Assembly: GCA_900542015.1 (NCBI GenBank) | Contig: UQLY01000013.1 | Span: forward strand, 7,961-71,960 | DNA length: 64,000 nt | Source: an uncultured Lachnospiraceae bacterium | Lineage (GTDB): Bacteria; Bacillota; Clostridia; Lachnospirales; Lachnospiraceae | Direction: 5' to 3' | Shown here: one piece after another, positions 54,324 to 63,782 of the stretch | Layout: the number at the start of each line of letters is the position of its first letter | Position numbering within the stretch: the first letter of the stretch is position 1 | Program-made: the position numbers and the translations under genes | Notes under the pieces: model-generated | Told to the model about the DNA's origin: nothing | The model's database searches: none | Seen by the model: only the letters and a program-made list of their open reading frames with translations

Positions 54324-55621
54324 TCAGCCGATAAGCGGAAGGGGAAACAGGATCTGTACGGAAAAGATGTTGTTTTGATCTTCGATCCGGTGGGTCCCGT
54401 GATATTTATTGATAATTTCCATGACATTTTGCAGCCCGATCCCATGATAACCGCCGGGTTTGGCGGATAGATAGCGGTTGTCCTGCAACACGGGTTTTTC
54501 TTTCAGGGGGTTGCAGATTTCCAGATACAGAGTCTGTTCGCTCTGCCTGCAGATAAATTCAATATACCGGTTGCTTTCCAGTTTCCTGTTTGCTTCAATG
54601 GCGTTGTCGATCAGGTTGGAAAAAAGGATACAGCAGTCCACTTCGTTCATAAATTCCAGACCGGACAGGGGCGAGGCGCAGCGCAGATCAATATTTTCGC
54701 TGCAAAACAGATCAGCTCTTGCGTTCAGCAAAAGATCAATCAAATTGTTTCCGGTCAGTATGGTCCTGACGCCGGCAGGAAAACTTTCGGTCAGAGAGGA
54801 GAAATACTTTTCCGCATTCCTGTAGTCTCCCTTTGCGATCATTTCCTGTAAAAGCATCATATGGCTGTTGAAATCATGACGGAATTTGGCAAGATCGTGT
54901 TGTGCCTCCTGATAGTCCTTAAAATAGTGATATTCCGAATCAAACTGTTCTTTATAGTTTTCGGAAAGCACTTTATAGTACTGCGCCCGATGGCGTAGAT
55001 CATGGTGAAGTTTAAGGCAAGCAGAAACAGAATCCATGCGAAGTTGTAAAGGACATTGTCAAAGTAGTCTTCCAGAACCGTAAAGATTTCCTGAGCCATC
55101 GGCAGAAAAAAACAAAGAAGGGAAATGATGATTCCTTCGCCCAGAGTCAGTTGAATATAAAAGGCGTGTTTTTCGCCGTAGGAGGCGATCAGCATCAGTA
55201 AAATAAAGAGCAAAGGTTCTAAGAGGATATCCGTAACAGTAATATTCCGGGTGGGATAGGGAAAATAGAATCGGTCCAGGCGAAAGAGGATTTCAATCAA
55301 AGAGGCGAGCGAAGTCCATTGTATGTATACCAGGAGGGCGGGAATTGTCAGCAATGCAGCCTTCATGCGATGTGTTTTGGTCAGAACCAGCACGACGATT
55401 ACGATATAGGCGTAGAGCAAAACGAATGTGAGATTGGGAAAACGGTCGGAAAGCAGGAGGGAAATGGCAATATTCAGCACAAAAAACAGGCTTCCCGTTA
55501 TAAGAAGCGTTTTACGGTTCAGGGTCATATCGCAGCCGAACAGATATTTTGCGATTAAAATAATATTCAGTATGGTAAAAGTATTGGCAAGAAATATAAT
55601 GAGTGAAATCAAATAAAACAT
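54324..55621 (-). CDS. AgrC/LytS-type (HPK10) sensor histidine kinase, frameshifted (ORFs 54857-55621 and 54324-55037 overlap in different frames)
   Basis: N-terminal 6-TM sensor domain in one frame; H-box (FRHDFNSHM) and GHKL ATPase (GGYHGIGLQNV) in another. The minus-strand frame switch maps to about 55040-55060, next to a TGA in the downstream frame. Confidence 0.7.
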
Positions 55622-56364
55622 TATACCAGATCATCCTTCATAAAATGAAATAGTTTTCTTTTGTAAGCTTCGTTTCTGCGCCTGCTTAAAGGAAGCTCAA
55701 TGCCGTGAGAGAGAAGCAGTTTATTTCCGGAAACGGACTTATGATAATACATATTGATCAGATATTTCCGATGAATGCGGAAAAAGCCGAGAGGGACTAA
55801 TTTGCCTTCGTAGTATTTCAGGCTTTCATCGGTAATATAATAATTATTTTGGGTATAGACGATCGTATATTTGTCTTCGGCGCTGATATAAATAATATCG
55901 CGGACAGGCAAAAGGATTTCGCCTTCGCCGGATTTGATCATGATTTTTTTTTGCAGCGCGTTTTCTGCGAAAATGTCCGAAATCAGTTTGCGGATATCCC
56001 CGGCGGAAACAGGTTTTAATAAATAGCGGAATGCGTTTGCCTCATATCCCTTCATGGCGTATTCCGCGTAGGCGGTAACAAATACCAGACGCAGATCGGG
56101 AGAAATGCGTTTGAGTTTTTTTCCCAGCGTGATGCCGTCCATTTCCGGCATTTCTATATCGATCAGGATCAGGTCCGGACCTTTTTCTTTGTTTGCCGAG
56201 GCGCTTTCGAGGCGTTCCAGAAGCTTTGCCGGCGAAGTAAATTGCCGAAGCTGGATTTGATAATCATCGGTAAGTGTGCAGACGGTTTTGGAAAGAGTTT
56301 GCAAATGCGCTTCGTTGTCGTCGCATAAGTAGATTTTGATAACCTCGTTGGAAGCAGAATACAT
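55621..56364 (-). CDS. LytTR-family response regulator (AgrA/LytT-like)
   Basis: N-terminal receiver (IYLCDDN...LILIDIEMPEMDG) and C-terminal LytTR DNA-binding domain. Its stop overlaps the kinase start. Confidence 0.85.
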   Translation of the reverse strand: MYSASNEVIKIYLCDDNEAHLQTLSKTVCTLTDDYQIQLRQFTSPAKLLERLESASANKEKGPDLILIDIEMPEMDGITLGKKLKRISPDLRLVFVTAYAEYAMKGYEANAFRYLLKPVSAGDIRKLISDIFAENALQKKIMIKSGEGEILLPVRDIIYISAEDKYTIVYTQNNYYITDESLKYYEGKLVPLGFFRIHRKYLINMYYHKSVSGNKLLLSHGIELPLSRRRNEAYKRKLFHFMKDDLV

Positions 56365-56465
56365 GGTTTATTCTCCGTTTTACAATTTTTCTGATATTTT
56401 TTAAAAATTTATTGGAAAATGTCATTTCTATCATAGCATAGATGCAAAAAATTATATATTTTTTT

Positions 56466-56497
56466 CGATCAACGGAACTATTTTCCGATTAACGGAA
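56466..56497. promoter_or_regulatory. Pair of direct repeats (cgatcaacggaa / cgattaacggaa, 20-bp register) resembling a LytTR binding site
   Basis: Two 12-nt imperfect direct repeats 20 nt apart in the intergenic region upstream of the LytTR regulator gene, divergent from spoVT. Confidence 0.45.
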
Positions 56498-56601
56498 ACG
56501 AAAAGCATCGACGTAATCGGATTTTAACAGGGTATAAAATTCCACTGTTTACAAATACTACTAGCACGCAAGTAGAAAATGTAAACGGAGGAAATTTTTA
56601 T

Positions 56602-57147
56602 ATGAAAGCTACGGGAATTGTTCGGAGAATTGATGATCTGGGGAGAATCGTAATTCCGAAGGAAATCAGAAGAACGCTGCGTATCAGGGAAAGCGATCCT
56701 TTGGAAATTTTTACCGGAAGAGAGGGAGAAATCGTCTTAAAAAAATATTCGCCCATCGGGGAAATGAGCTCTTTTGCAAAGCAATATGCGGAAAGTCTGG
56801 CGCAGGTATCGGGCAAGGTGGCGTTAATTGCGGACCGGGATCAGTTTATCGCAACGGCTGGAGGCGGAAAAGCGTTTAACGGTAAAGGATTGAGCCGTCA
56901 TCTGGAGGACGCGCTGGAGAGGAGAGAAACGATCCTTGCCGGAAAGGGAGAAAAACAGTTTCTGGAAATCGCCTCGGATATCCAGGACGCTTATGAACAG
57001 GAAATGATTGCGCCGATTATTTGCGAAGGAGACGTTATCGGAGCGGTTATTCTGCTGGAAACCGAGGATAAGAGCAAAATGGGCGAGGTGGAAAGGAAGC
57101 TGGCGCAGTCTGCCGCCGCCTTTCTGGGAAGACAGATGGAGCAGTAG
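56602..57147 (+). CDS. spoVT: Stage V sporulation protein T (AbrB-type N-terminus plus GAF domain)
   Basis: MKATGIVRRIDDLGRIVIPKEIRRTLRIRESDPLEIF... SpoVT/AbrB swapped-hairpin N-terminus and C-terminal GAF. mfd-spoVT synteny. Confidence 0.9.
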   Translation: MKATGIVRRIDDLGRIVIPKEIRRTLRIRESDPLEIFTGREGEIVLKKYSPIGEMSSFAKQYAESLAQVSGKVALIADRDQFIATAGGGKAFNGKGLSRHLEDALERRETILAGKGEKQFLEIASDIQDAYEQEMIAPIICEGDVIGAVILLETEDKSKMGEVERKLAQSAAAFLGRQMEQ

Positions 57148-57240
57148 GATTGTAAAAGTACAAAAGTGAAAAAAAGATGAAAATGGAGCGGAATACTCCA
57201 TTTTTTTCTTTTTTGTGCTAACATAAAAATAGCAGGTAAT

Positions 57241-60099
57241 ATGAAATGGTGGTTAAAGATGAAAAATTGTATGCGTAAAACGACTTTCCGGGAAATTAAA
57301 AGCAGCTTAGGGCGTTATATGGCTATTATGGCGATCGTGGCGCTGGGCGTAGGATTTTTCGGAGGATTGAAGGTCACAAAGCCTGCCATGATACAGGCGG
57401 GAGATCAATACATAGCAAACCAGGAACTTTACGATTACCGGCTTATAAATACGCTGGGATTTGAGCAGGAAGACGTGGAAGCGCTCTTACAGGATGAAGA
57501 TGTGCTGGATGCGGAGGGAAGTTTTTATGAAGACTTTCTTTGCGGCACGGATAACGGGGAGGTCTATGTCATCAAGGCGCACGCCCTGACCGGGGAGATC
57601 AACAGACCGGACGTATTGGAGGGGCGGCTGCCGGAGGCTTCGGATGAGTGTGTCCTGGATCAGAGGGCAAGAAGCTTATCCGGTTTTACGGATCTTGCAT
57701 TGGGAGATACGATCGTTTTGGACGAGAGCAACAGCGAGGATACCTTTGACGCCTTTACCCATAAGGAATATACGGTGGTGGGCTTCGTTAATTCGCCCTA
57801 TTACCTGAATTATGAGAGAGGCACTTCCAAGCTGGGAAGCGGTAAAGTCAGCGCGTTTATCTATATCCCGATGGAAGGGTTTGATACGGAGTACTATTCG
57901 GAGATTTTTGTCAAATTAAAAGAGAATGGGGGAATCTATACCCGGGAATATGACGACCTGATTGACAGAACCGAAGACCGCATGACGGAGATTTGTGAAA
58001 GTCAGGCAATGCGCCGCTACGATTCCATTGTGGAGGAAGCGCAGGCGGAGGTGGATGACGCAAGGCAGGAGCTGGACGATAAAAAAGCGGAAGCCGAAGA
58101 GGAACTTGCCGACGCTTATGACGAGCTGACGAAGGCGCAGGAGGAATTGGACGATGCGTCGGCTTCGCTGGACCGTCAGGAGGAGGCGTTAAAGGAACAG
58201 GAAAACGCGCTTCTTTCCGTTCCTGAGCAAATGCGTCCCGCAGAGGCGGTTGCCGCTATTGAAAGCGGTAAGGCGCAGATCAGAAACGGATGGGCGGAAC
58301 TTGCCGACGCGCAGGAAGAGATCGACAGCGGCTGGGAGGATTACGAGGAAGGCAAAGCGGAATTTGACGAAGAGATAGCCGATGCGGAGAGCAAACTTGC
58401 CGACGCACAGCAGGAAATAGATGATATTGAAGAACCGGATTGTTATGTGCTGACCCGGGACAGCAATGTGGGGTATGCCTGCTTTGAAAATGATTCCGAT
58501 ATTGTGGAATCCATTTCTTCGGTATTCCCGTTGTTTTTCTTTCTGGTAGCGGCGCTTGTATGTATGACCACGATGAACCGCATGGTAGAGGACCAGCGGA
58601 CCCAGATCGGGGTATTAAAGGCGCTGGGATACAGCGACGGCAAAATTATGGGAAAATATATTTTCTACGCAGGAAGCGCCGCGCTTGTGGGCGGAACGAT
58701 CGGTTTTGCGGCGGGGTGTTATGTTTTTCCCAAGGTAATCTGGGCGGCATATGACACGATGTATGAGTTTGCCGAAATTGATTATATATTTAACATTCCT
58801 CTGTTTGCGATTTCCATGGCGGCTGCGCTGTTGTGCTCCGTGGGCGCGACTTATTTTACATGCAGAACGGAACTGACCTCGACGCCGGCGAACCTGATCA
58901 GACCCAGGGCGCCTAAAGGCGGGAACCGTGTCTTTATGGAATACATTCCGTTTATCTGGAACCGTTTGAAATTTTTACAAAAGGTTTCGGTGCGAAATCT
59001 GTTCCGTTATAAAAAGAGATTCTTTATGATGGTTATCGGTATCGGGGGCTGTACGGCGCTTTTGCTGACCGGTTACGGGATTAAGGATTCTGTTGCGGGA
59101 ACGGTAGGAAAGCAGTATGACGAAATACAATTGTATGACGTGCTGGTATCCTTTGAAGATCCGCTGACCGCCGCTGAAGAGGAGGCGCTTGCCGAAGAGA
59201 CAGCGGATGTGGCGGAAAGCTTTGTCTGCGTCAGAGAAGAGACGGTTACTATTGAAGCGGACAGCGGGGAGAAAGAGTGTACGATGATCATACCGCGGGA
59301 GACGGATTCTTTTGGAGAGTATGTAGATCTGCATACGGCAAAGGACGAACCGATTTCCTATCCCGGAGAGGGAGAGGCGGTTTTAAGCAGGAAACTTGCG
59401 AATAAATCCGGTTTACAGGAAGGGGATACCATTCGGTTCCGGGATGAAGACGGCAATACTTTTACCTGTACGATCAGCGCCGTATGTGAAAATTTTGTAT
59501 ACAACTACCTTTATATCAGCGAAGAAACCTATGAGAAAGAGGCGGGGAGCGAACCCGAGTACGGACATGCGATGTTTAACATACGGGAAGATCAGGATAT
59601 CCATGAAGCGGCGGCTGTGCTCAGCGATGCGGAGCATGTCAGCGGCGCGTCGGTCAACCAGGATTTCAGGGACAGGTTTGACAATATGATCGTCAGCATG
59701 GATTATATCGTACTGGTTATCATACTCTGCGCCGGCACACTGGCGTTTATCGTTTTATATAATCTGACCAATATTAACATTACGGAGCGTATCCGGGAAA
59801 TTGCGACCATCAAGGTGCTGGGCTTCTATCCCAAGGAAACGGCGTCCTATGTGTTTAAGGAAAACTTTGTCCTGACCGCCATCGGAGCCGCAGTAGGACT
59901 GGTACTCGGCGTTTACCTGCACCGCTTTGTCATGGCGAATGTGGATCTGGAGACGATTTCCTTTGACGTGAGAATCAATGTACAGGGCTATGTGCTGAGC
60001 GTTCTGCTTACCTTCCTCTTTACGGCGATTGTGGATATTGTAATGTATTATAAGCTGGATAAGATTGATATGGTGGAGTCGTTGAAGTCTATTGAGTAA
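57241..60099 (+). CDS. FtsX-family ABC transporter permease (MacB-like, ~950 aa, with an acidic coiled-coil insert in the extracytoplasmic domain)
   Basis: TM1 then a large periplasmic-type domain, three TM helices, a second large domain and three C-terminal TM helices (FtsX x2). No adjacent ATPase gene. Confidence 0.8.
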   Translation: MKWWLKMKNCMRKTTFREIKSSLGRYMAIMAIVALGVGFFGGLKVTKPAMIQAGDQYIANQELYDYRLINTLGFEQEDVEALLQDEDVLDAEGSFYEDFLCGTDNGEVYVIKAHALTGEINRPDVLEGRLPEASDECVLDQRARSLSGFTDLALGDTIVLDESNSEDTFDAFTHKEYTVVGFVNSPYYLNYERGTSKLGSGKVSAFIYIPMEGFDTEYYSEIFVKLKENGGIYTREYDDLIDRTEDRMTEICESQAMRRYDSIVEEAQAEVDDARQELDDKKAEAEEELADAYDELTKAQEELDDASASLDRQEEALKEQENALLSVPEQMRPAEAVAAIESGKAQIRNGWAELADAQEEIDSGWEDYEEGKAEFDEEIADAESKLADAQQEIDDIEEPDCYVLTRDSNVGYACFENDSDIVESISSVFPLFFFLVAALVCMTTMNRMVEDQRTQIGVLKALGYSDGKIMGKYIFYAGSAALVGGTIGFAAGCYVFPKVIWAAYDTMYEFAEIDYIFNIPLFAISMAAALLCSVGATYFTCRTELTSTPANLIRPRAPKGGNRVFMEYIPFIWNRLKFLQKVSVRNLFRYKKRFFMMVIGIGGCTALLLTGYGIKDSVAGTVGKQYDEIQLYDVLVSFEDPLTAAEEEALAEETADVAESFVCVREETVTIEADSGEKECTMIIPRETDSFGEYVDLHTAKDEPISYPGEGEAVLSRKLANKSGLQEGDTIRFRDEDGNTFTCTISAVCENFVYNYLYISEETYEKEAGSEPEYGHAMFNIREDQDIHEAAAVLSDAEHVSGASVNQDFRDRFDNMIVSMDYIVLVIILCAGTLAFIVLYNLTNINITERIREIATIKVLGFYPKETASYVFKENFVLTAIGAAVGLVLGVYLHRFVMANVDLETISFDVRINVQGYVLSVLLTFLFTAIVDIVMYYKLDKIDMVESLKSIE

Positions 60100-60110
60100 A
60101 AGGAACGGCG

Positions 60111-60180
60111 CCGGCAGCTTTCCTGCATTTCGTGACAGATGCGTAATGCGGGAAAGCTGCCGGCGCCTGGTTTTTCCTCG
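60111..60180. terminator. Long hairpin (17-bp stem) bidirectional terminator between the permease gene and pncB
   Basis: ggcgccggcagctttcc ... ggaaagctgccggcgcc with a ~26-nt loop, followed by a T-run. Confidence 0.7.
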
Positions 60181-60244
60181 CTTTTGAAAAAAGGATTTGC
60201 GCTTGCGGCTTTTTGTGAGGGCATTTTGATACGCCCATGAGGTT

Positions 60245-61699
60245 CTATTCTGCGCCCATGCGGTCGAGAAGGTCGATTTTGATGTCGTAAAGCTTTTTGG
60301 ACAGATCGACGTAGACTTTGTGGGGGTTTACCAGTCGCCTTGTCTCCGGCCAGAGGGTTTCCAGCTCCTGCTGGCAGTATTTTCGGATATCCATGACCTT
60401 TGGAGATTCGTAGACGCATTCGCCGTTTAAGAAGACGGGAACCAGGATTTCTTTCATTGTGTAAGAGCCGCCTTTTAATTTGGTTTTTTTCCAGGGCTCT
60501 AACGGGTCGAAAAGCATCAGGTCTTTCTTTTCGTCAAATTTTTCATCCACCAGACAAATAAGGTCGGCTTTGATTTTACCGGAATCCTTTTCATAGATGC
60601 GGTAAATCGTCTTGTTGCCCGGATTGGTAACCTTTTCCGTGTTTTCGGAAAGCTTGATCTTGGGAATAAATTCCCCATCCTTGCCCTTTACGGCTGCAAG
60701 TTTGTAGACGCCGCCGAAGGAAGGGCAGTCTTTTGCCGTGATCAGATGGGTCCCGACGCCCCAGGAAGTAATCGCAGCGCCCTGCACCTTTAAAGAATCG
60801 ATCAGGTATTCGTCCAGATCGTTAGAAGCGGAGATAATCGCGTCGGGGAAGCCTGCAGCATCCAGCATCTTACGCGCTTTCTTGGAAAGGTATGCAAGAT
60901 CGCCGCTGTCCAGACGGATTCCGTAGTTTTTCAGTTCGATACCGGAATCGCGCATTTCCTGGAAGACGCGGATTGCGTTGGGAATACCGGATTTTAAAGT
61001 GTCATAGGTATCTACCAGAAGCAGGCACGCATTGGGGTAGATTTCGGAATATGCCTTAAAGGCGGTATATTCATCAGGGAAACTCATGATCCAGCTATGA
61101 GCGTGGGTCCCTTTTACGGGAATATCAAACAACTGACCTGCGAGTACGTTGGAGGTGCCGATACAGCCGCCGATAACGGCAGCGCGGGCGCCGTAAATGC
61201 CGGCGTCTGGTCCCTGGGCGCGGCGCAGTCCGAATTCCATGATGCCGTCGCCTCTTGCCGCATAGCAGACGCGGGAAGCTTTGGTTGCGATCAGGCTCTG
61301 GTGGTTAATAATATTTAAAATTGCAGTTTCTACAAGCTGCGCCTGCATAATAGGCGCGATGACCTTGATCATGGGCTCCCTCGGGAACATAATGCTGCCC
61401 TCGGGGATCGCGTAGATGTCGCCGGTAAATTTGAAATCCTTCAGGTAGGCAAGGAAGTCATCGTCAAATAAATTGAGACTTGCAAGATAGTCGAGGTCTT
61501 CCTTGGAAAAGTGAAGATTTTTGATCAAATCAATGACCTGCGCCAGCCCTGCGCTGATGGAATAGCCGCCGTCCATGGGGTTGTTGCGAAAAAACGCATC
61601 AAAAATAACGGTTTCGTTCTGGTCCTTGTTCCGGAAATAACCCTGCATCATAGTCAACTCATAAAGGTCTGTCAACAGAGTCAGATTCTGTCTGTCCAT
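60245..61699 (-). CDS. pncB: Nicotinate phosphoribosyltransferase
   Basis: 484 aa, LTDLYELTMMQGYF... NAPRTase N-terminus and conserved catalytic domain. Confidence 0.9.
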   Translation of the reverse strand: MDRQNLTLLTDLYELTMMQGYFRNKDQNETVIFDAFFRNNPMDGGYSISAGLAQVIDLIKNLHFSKEDLDYLASLNLFDDDFLAYLKDFKFTGDIYAIPEGSIMFPREPMIKVIAPIMQAQLVETAILNIINHQSLIATKASRVCYAARGDGIMEFGLRRAQGPDAGIYGARAAVIGGCIGTSNVLAGQLFDIPVKGTHAHSWIMSFPDEYTAFKAYSEIYPNACLLLVDTYDTLKSGIPNAIRVFQEMRDSGIELKNYGIRLDSGDLAYLSKKARKMLDAAGFPDAIISASNDLDEYLIDSLKVQGAAITSWGVGTHLITAKDCPSFGGVYKLAAVKGKDGEFIPKIKLSENTEKVTNPGNKTIYRIYEKDSGKIKADLICLVDEKFDEKKDLMLFDPLEPWKKTKLKGGSYTMKEILVPVFLNGECVYESPKVMDIRKYCQQELETLWPETRRLVNPHKVYVDLSKKLYDIKIDLLDRMGAE

Positions 61700-61700
61700 T

Positions 61701-62957
61701 TTATTTTTCCTCCAAATTCTCTGCTTTCATGATTTTTTCAGATTTGCAAAGGAAGCAGAAGCCTATTACAAATAGTACGATAAGTGACAATACGCCATAT
61801 TTGGAACTGTGTAAAAAGAAAGCGCACGCCGAAATGATCAGGGGACCGAAAAAGTCCGCAAATTTGCCGAATATATCAAAGAAGCCAAAGTATTCGCTGG
61901 ATTCTTTTTTGGGTATCATCCTACCGAACTGGGAGCGGGAGAGAGCCTGTATGCCGCCCTGGCAAATGCCTACGCATAAGGCGAGAATCCAAAATTCCAA
62001 CGCCGTATCCAGACCGTATCCAAAGGCGCAGATGCCTATGTACAGGATGATGTAGACTTTCATGACCGTTATGGCGCCGAATTTTTTGGCAAAAACCGCG
62101 CTTAAAATGCTGCACGGAAACGCTACGATCTGAGTCAGGAGAAGGGCAAGAACCATCTGAGTAGAATCGATTCCGACTTCTCCGCCATAGGTAGTCGCCA
62201 TGGAAATAATGGTGTAAACTCCGTCGATATAGAAAAAATATCCCAAAATATAAAACAGCAGTTTCCGGTCGCGGCGTAATTTGAGGAATGTCACGCCCAA
62301 TCTCCTGAAAGAGTGGGAGACCACATGCTTTTTAGGTTTCAAATAATGGGTCTGCTTTACGTTTTTCAGCAGAGGAAGGGAGAGAACCAGCCACCATACG
62401 ATTGTGATAAAAAAGGAAAGCTTGGTGGCGGAAACCGTATCCAGACCAAAGGGAGTCAGGAAAATTAAAAGGATTCCGATCACAAACGGAATGCAGCTTC
62501 CGATATAACCGCAGGCAAAGCCCATGGAGGAAATATAATCCATCCGGTCATCCGCCGTCACGTCGATGAGCATCGCATCGTAAAAAATGTTGCATGCCGC
62601 ATAGCCGATACGGGCAATGACAATACAGGTAAGAAAAGAAATCCAGCCGGGTGCGAAGATCATTCCCATGCCGCCTAAGATGCCAAGGGTCAAAAACCAG
62701 CCGAAGATCCGCTTTTTCATGTTCTGGTAGTCTGCCAGTGCGCCCAAAATCGGCGAGAGGCAGGCAAGGATCAGAAGCGCCGCGGAAGTAGTCGTCCCCC
62801 AAATAGAGGTGGCATGTTCCGGCGCAACATTTACCGCGCTTGCAAGTGAGCGGAAGTAAATCGGAATGGTTGCCGTCAGGATCATCGTGAAGGCTGAGTT
62901 TGCAACATCATATAAAATCCAGCTTATTTCCTGTTTGGTTAATTTGGTTTTTCCCAT
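61701..62957 (-). CDS. MFS transporter (UMF1 / Atg22-like family)
   Basis: About 12 TM helices; ATG at 62957 with RBS AAAGAGGA. The ORF track start at 63053 lies further upstream. Confidence 0.8.
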   Translation of the reverse strand: MGKTKLTKQEISWILYDVANSAFTMILTATIPIYFRSLASAVNVAPEHATSIWGTTTSAALLILACLSPILGALADYQNMKKRIFGWFLTLGILGGMGMIFAPGWISFLTCIVIARIGYAACNIFYDAMLIDVTADDRMDYISSMGFACGYIGSCIPFVIGILLIFLTPFGLDTVSATKLSFFITIVWWLVLSLPLLKNVKQTHYLKPKKHVVSHSFRRLGVTFLKLRRDRKLLFYILGYFFYIDGVYTIISMATTYGGEVGIDSTQMVLALLLTQIVAFPCSILSAVFAKKFGAITVMKVYIILYIGICAFGYGLDTALEFWILALCVGICQGGIQALSRSQFGRMIPKKESSEYFGFFDIFGKFADFFGPLIISACAFFLHSSKYGVLSLIVLFVIGFCFLCKSEKIMKAENLEEK

Positions 62958-63439
62958 AAATCCTCTTTCCGGGAAACATAAAGCTTCCCTTATTTTATGC
63001 TTTTTGTGACATAGTGTCAATACAACTGACAAGACAGAAAAGCACCTGTACAACTGTCTTATGTCTAGTATAGCATCGGATTGGGGATTCGACTATATTT
63101 AATCTTTCCCATATAAGTAAAATTATTGCCTGGTGAGATAAAGGATTTGTAAAAGGGAAGTAAGATTTAAAATAAAGTGATAGGGAGCAAAACGGCGGAT
63201 CACTTTTTGCCAGTTAATGGAATTTTGCAAGACACGTAGGGCTTCTTTAGATATTTTTATGCTATAAGACATATTTTAGTCTGTTTATAATGATCCGGTA
63301 TGCTTCTTCAAGAGAATACATATTTTGGTTTTCCAGATCATCAATACCTTTATCAAGAAGTAACCTGAAAATGAGGCATTTTTTTGTAAGGTTTTCACAA
63401 ATTTTTGAAACGGCGGTAAAAGAAAAGCGTTTTGCAGTA

Positions 63440-63469
63440 TTGACAACGGTCTTTTATGAGAATTATAAT
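63440..63469 (+). promoter_or_regulatory. Near-consensus sigma-A promoter (TTGACA - 18 nt - TATAAT)
   Basis: ttgacaacggtcttttatgagaattataat, read directly. Positioned to start transcription at about 63477. Confidence 0.6.
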
Positions 63470-63477
63470 ACAAGCAG

Positions 63478-63782
63478 TTAAAAATCAGAAAGACGTTGAC
63501 GAAGAGAGTACCTTATTTTGGAAAGTTTCAGCGAGCCGGAGGCGGTGGGAGTCCGGTACGAGTAAGAAATTCGGGAAAATCACTTCTGAGTTGCAAGAAC
63601 CAAAGACAGGATTGTGCATTTGTTTACCGTGTTGCAGACCGGGAAATAATCATATCCGTGTCGAGTAGTTTGAGACGGCGGTCCCCCGTTACGGGAAATC
63701 ATATGAATCTATGAAGAGAGTATGCTGTAACAGGTGGTAACGAATTTTAACCTTCGTCCTTTTACGGGCGAAGGTTTTTTTG
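63478..63782 (+). ncRNA. Candidate T-box-like leader RNA with intrinsic terminator (downstream gene lies beyond the window)
   Basis: 5' GACGAAGAGAGUACC (GA/K-turn-like AGAGA-AGUA); an F-box-like CCGUUA at about 63686; AACAGGUGGUAACGAAUUU resembling the T-box AAUUAGGGUGGNACCGCG; then terminator AACCUUCGUCC-uuuuac-GGGCGAAGGUU-UUUUUUU (63749-63782). Confidence 0.4.
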
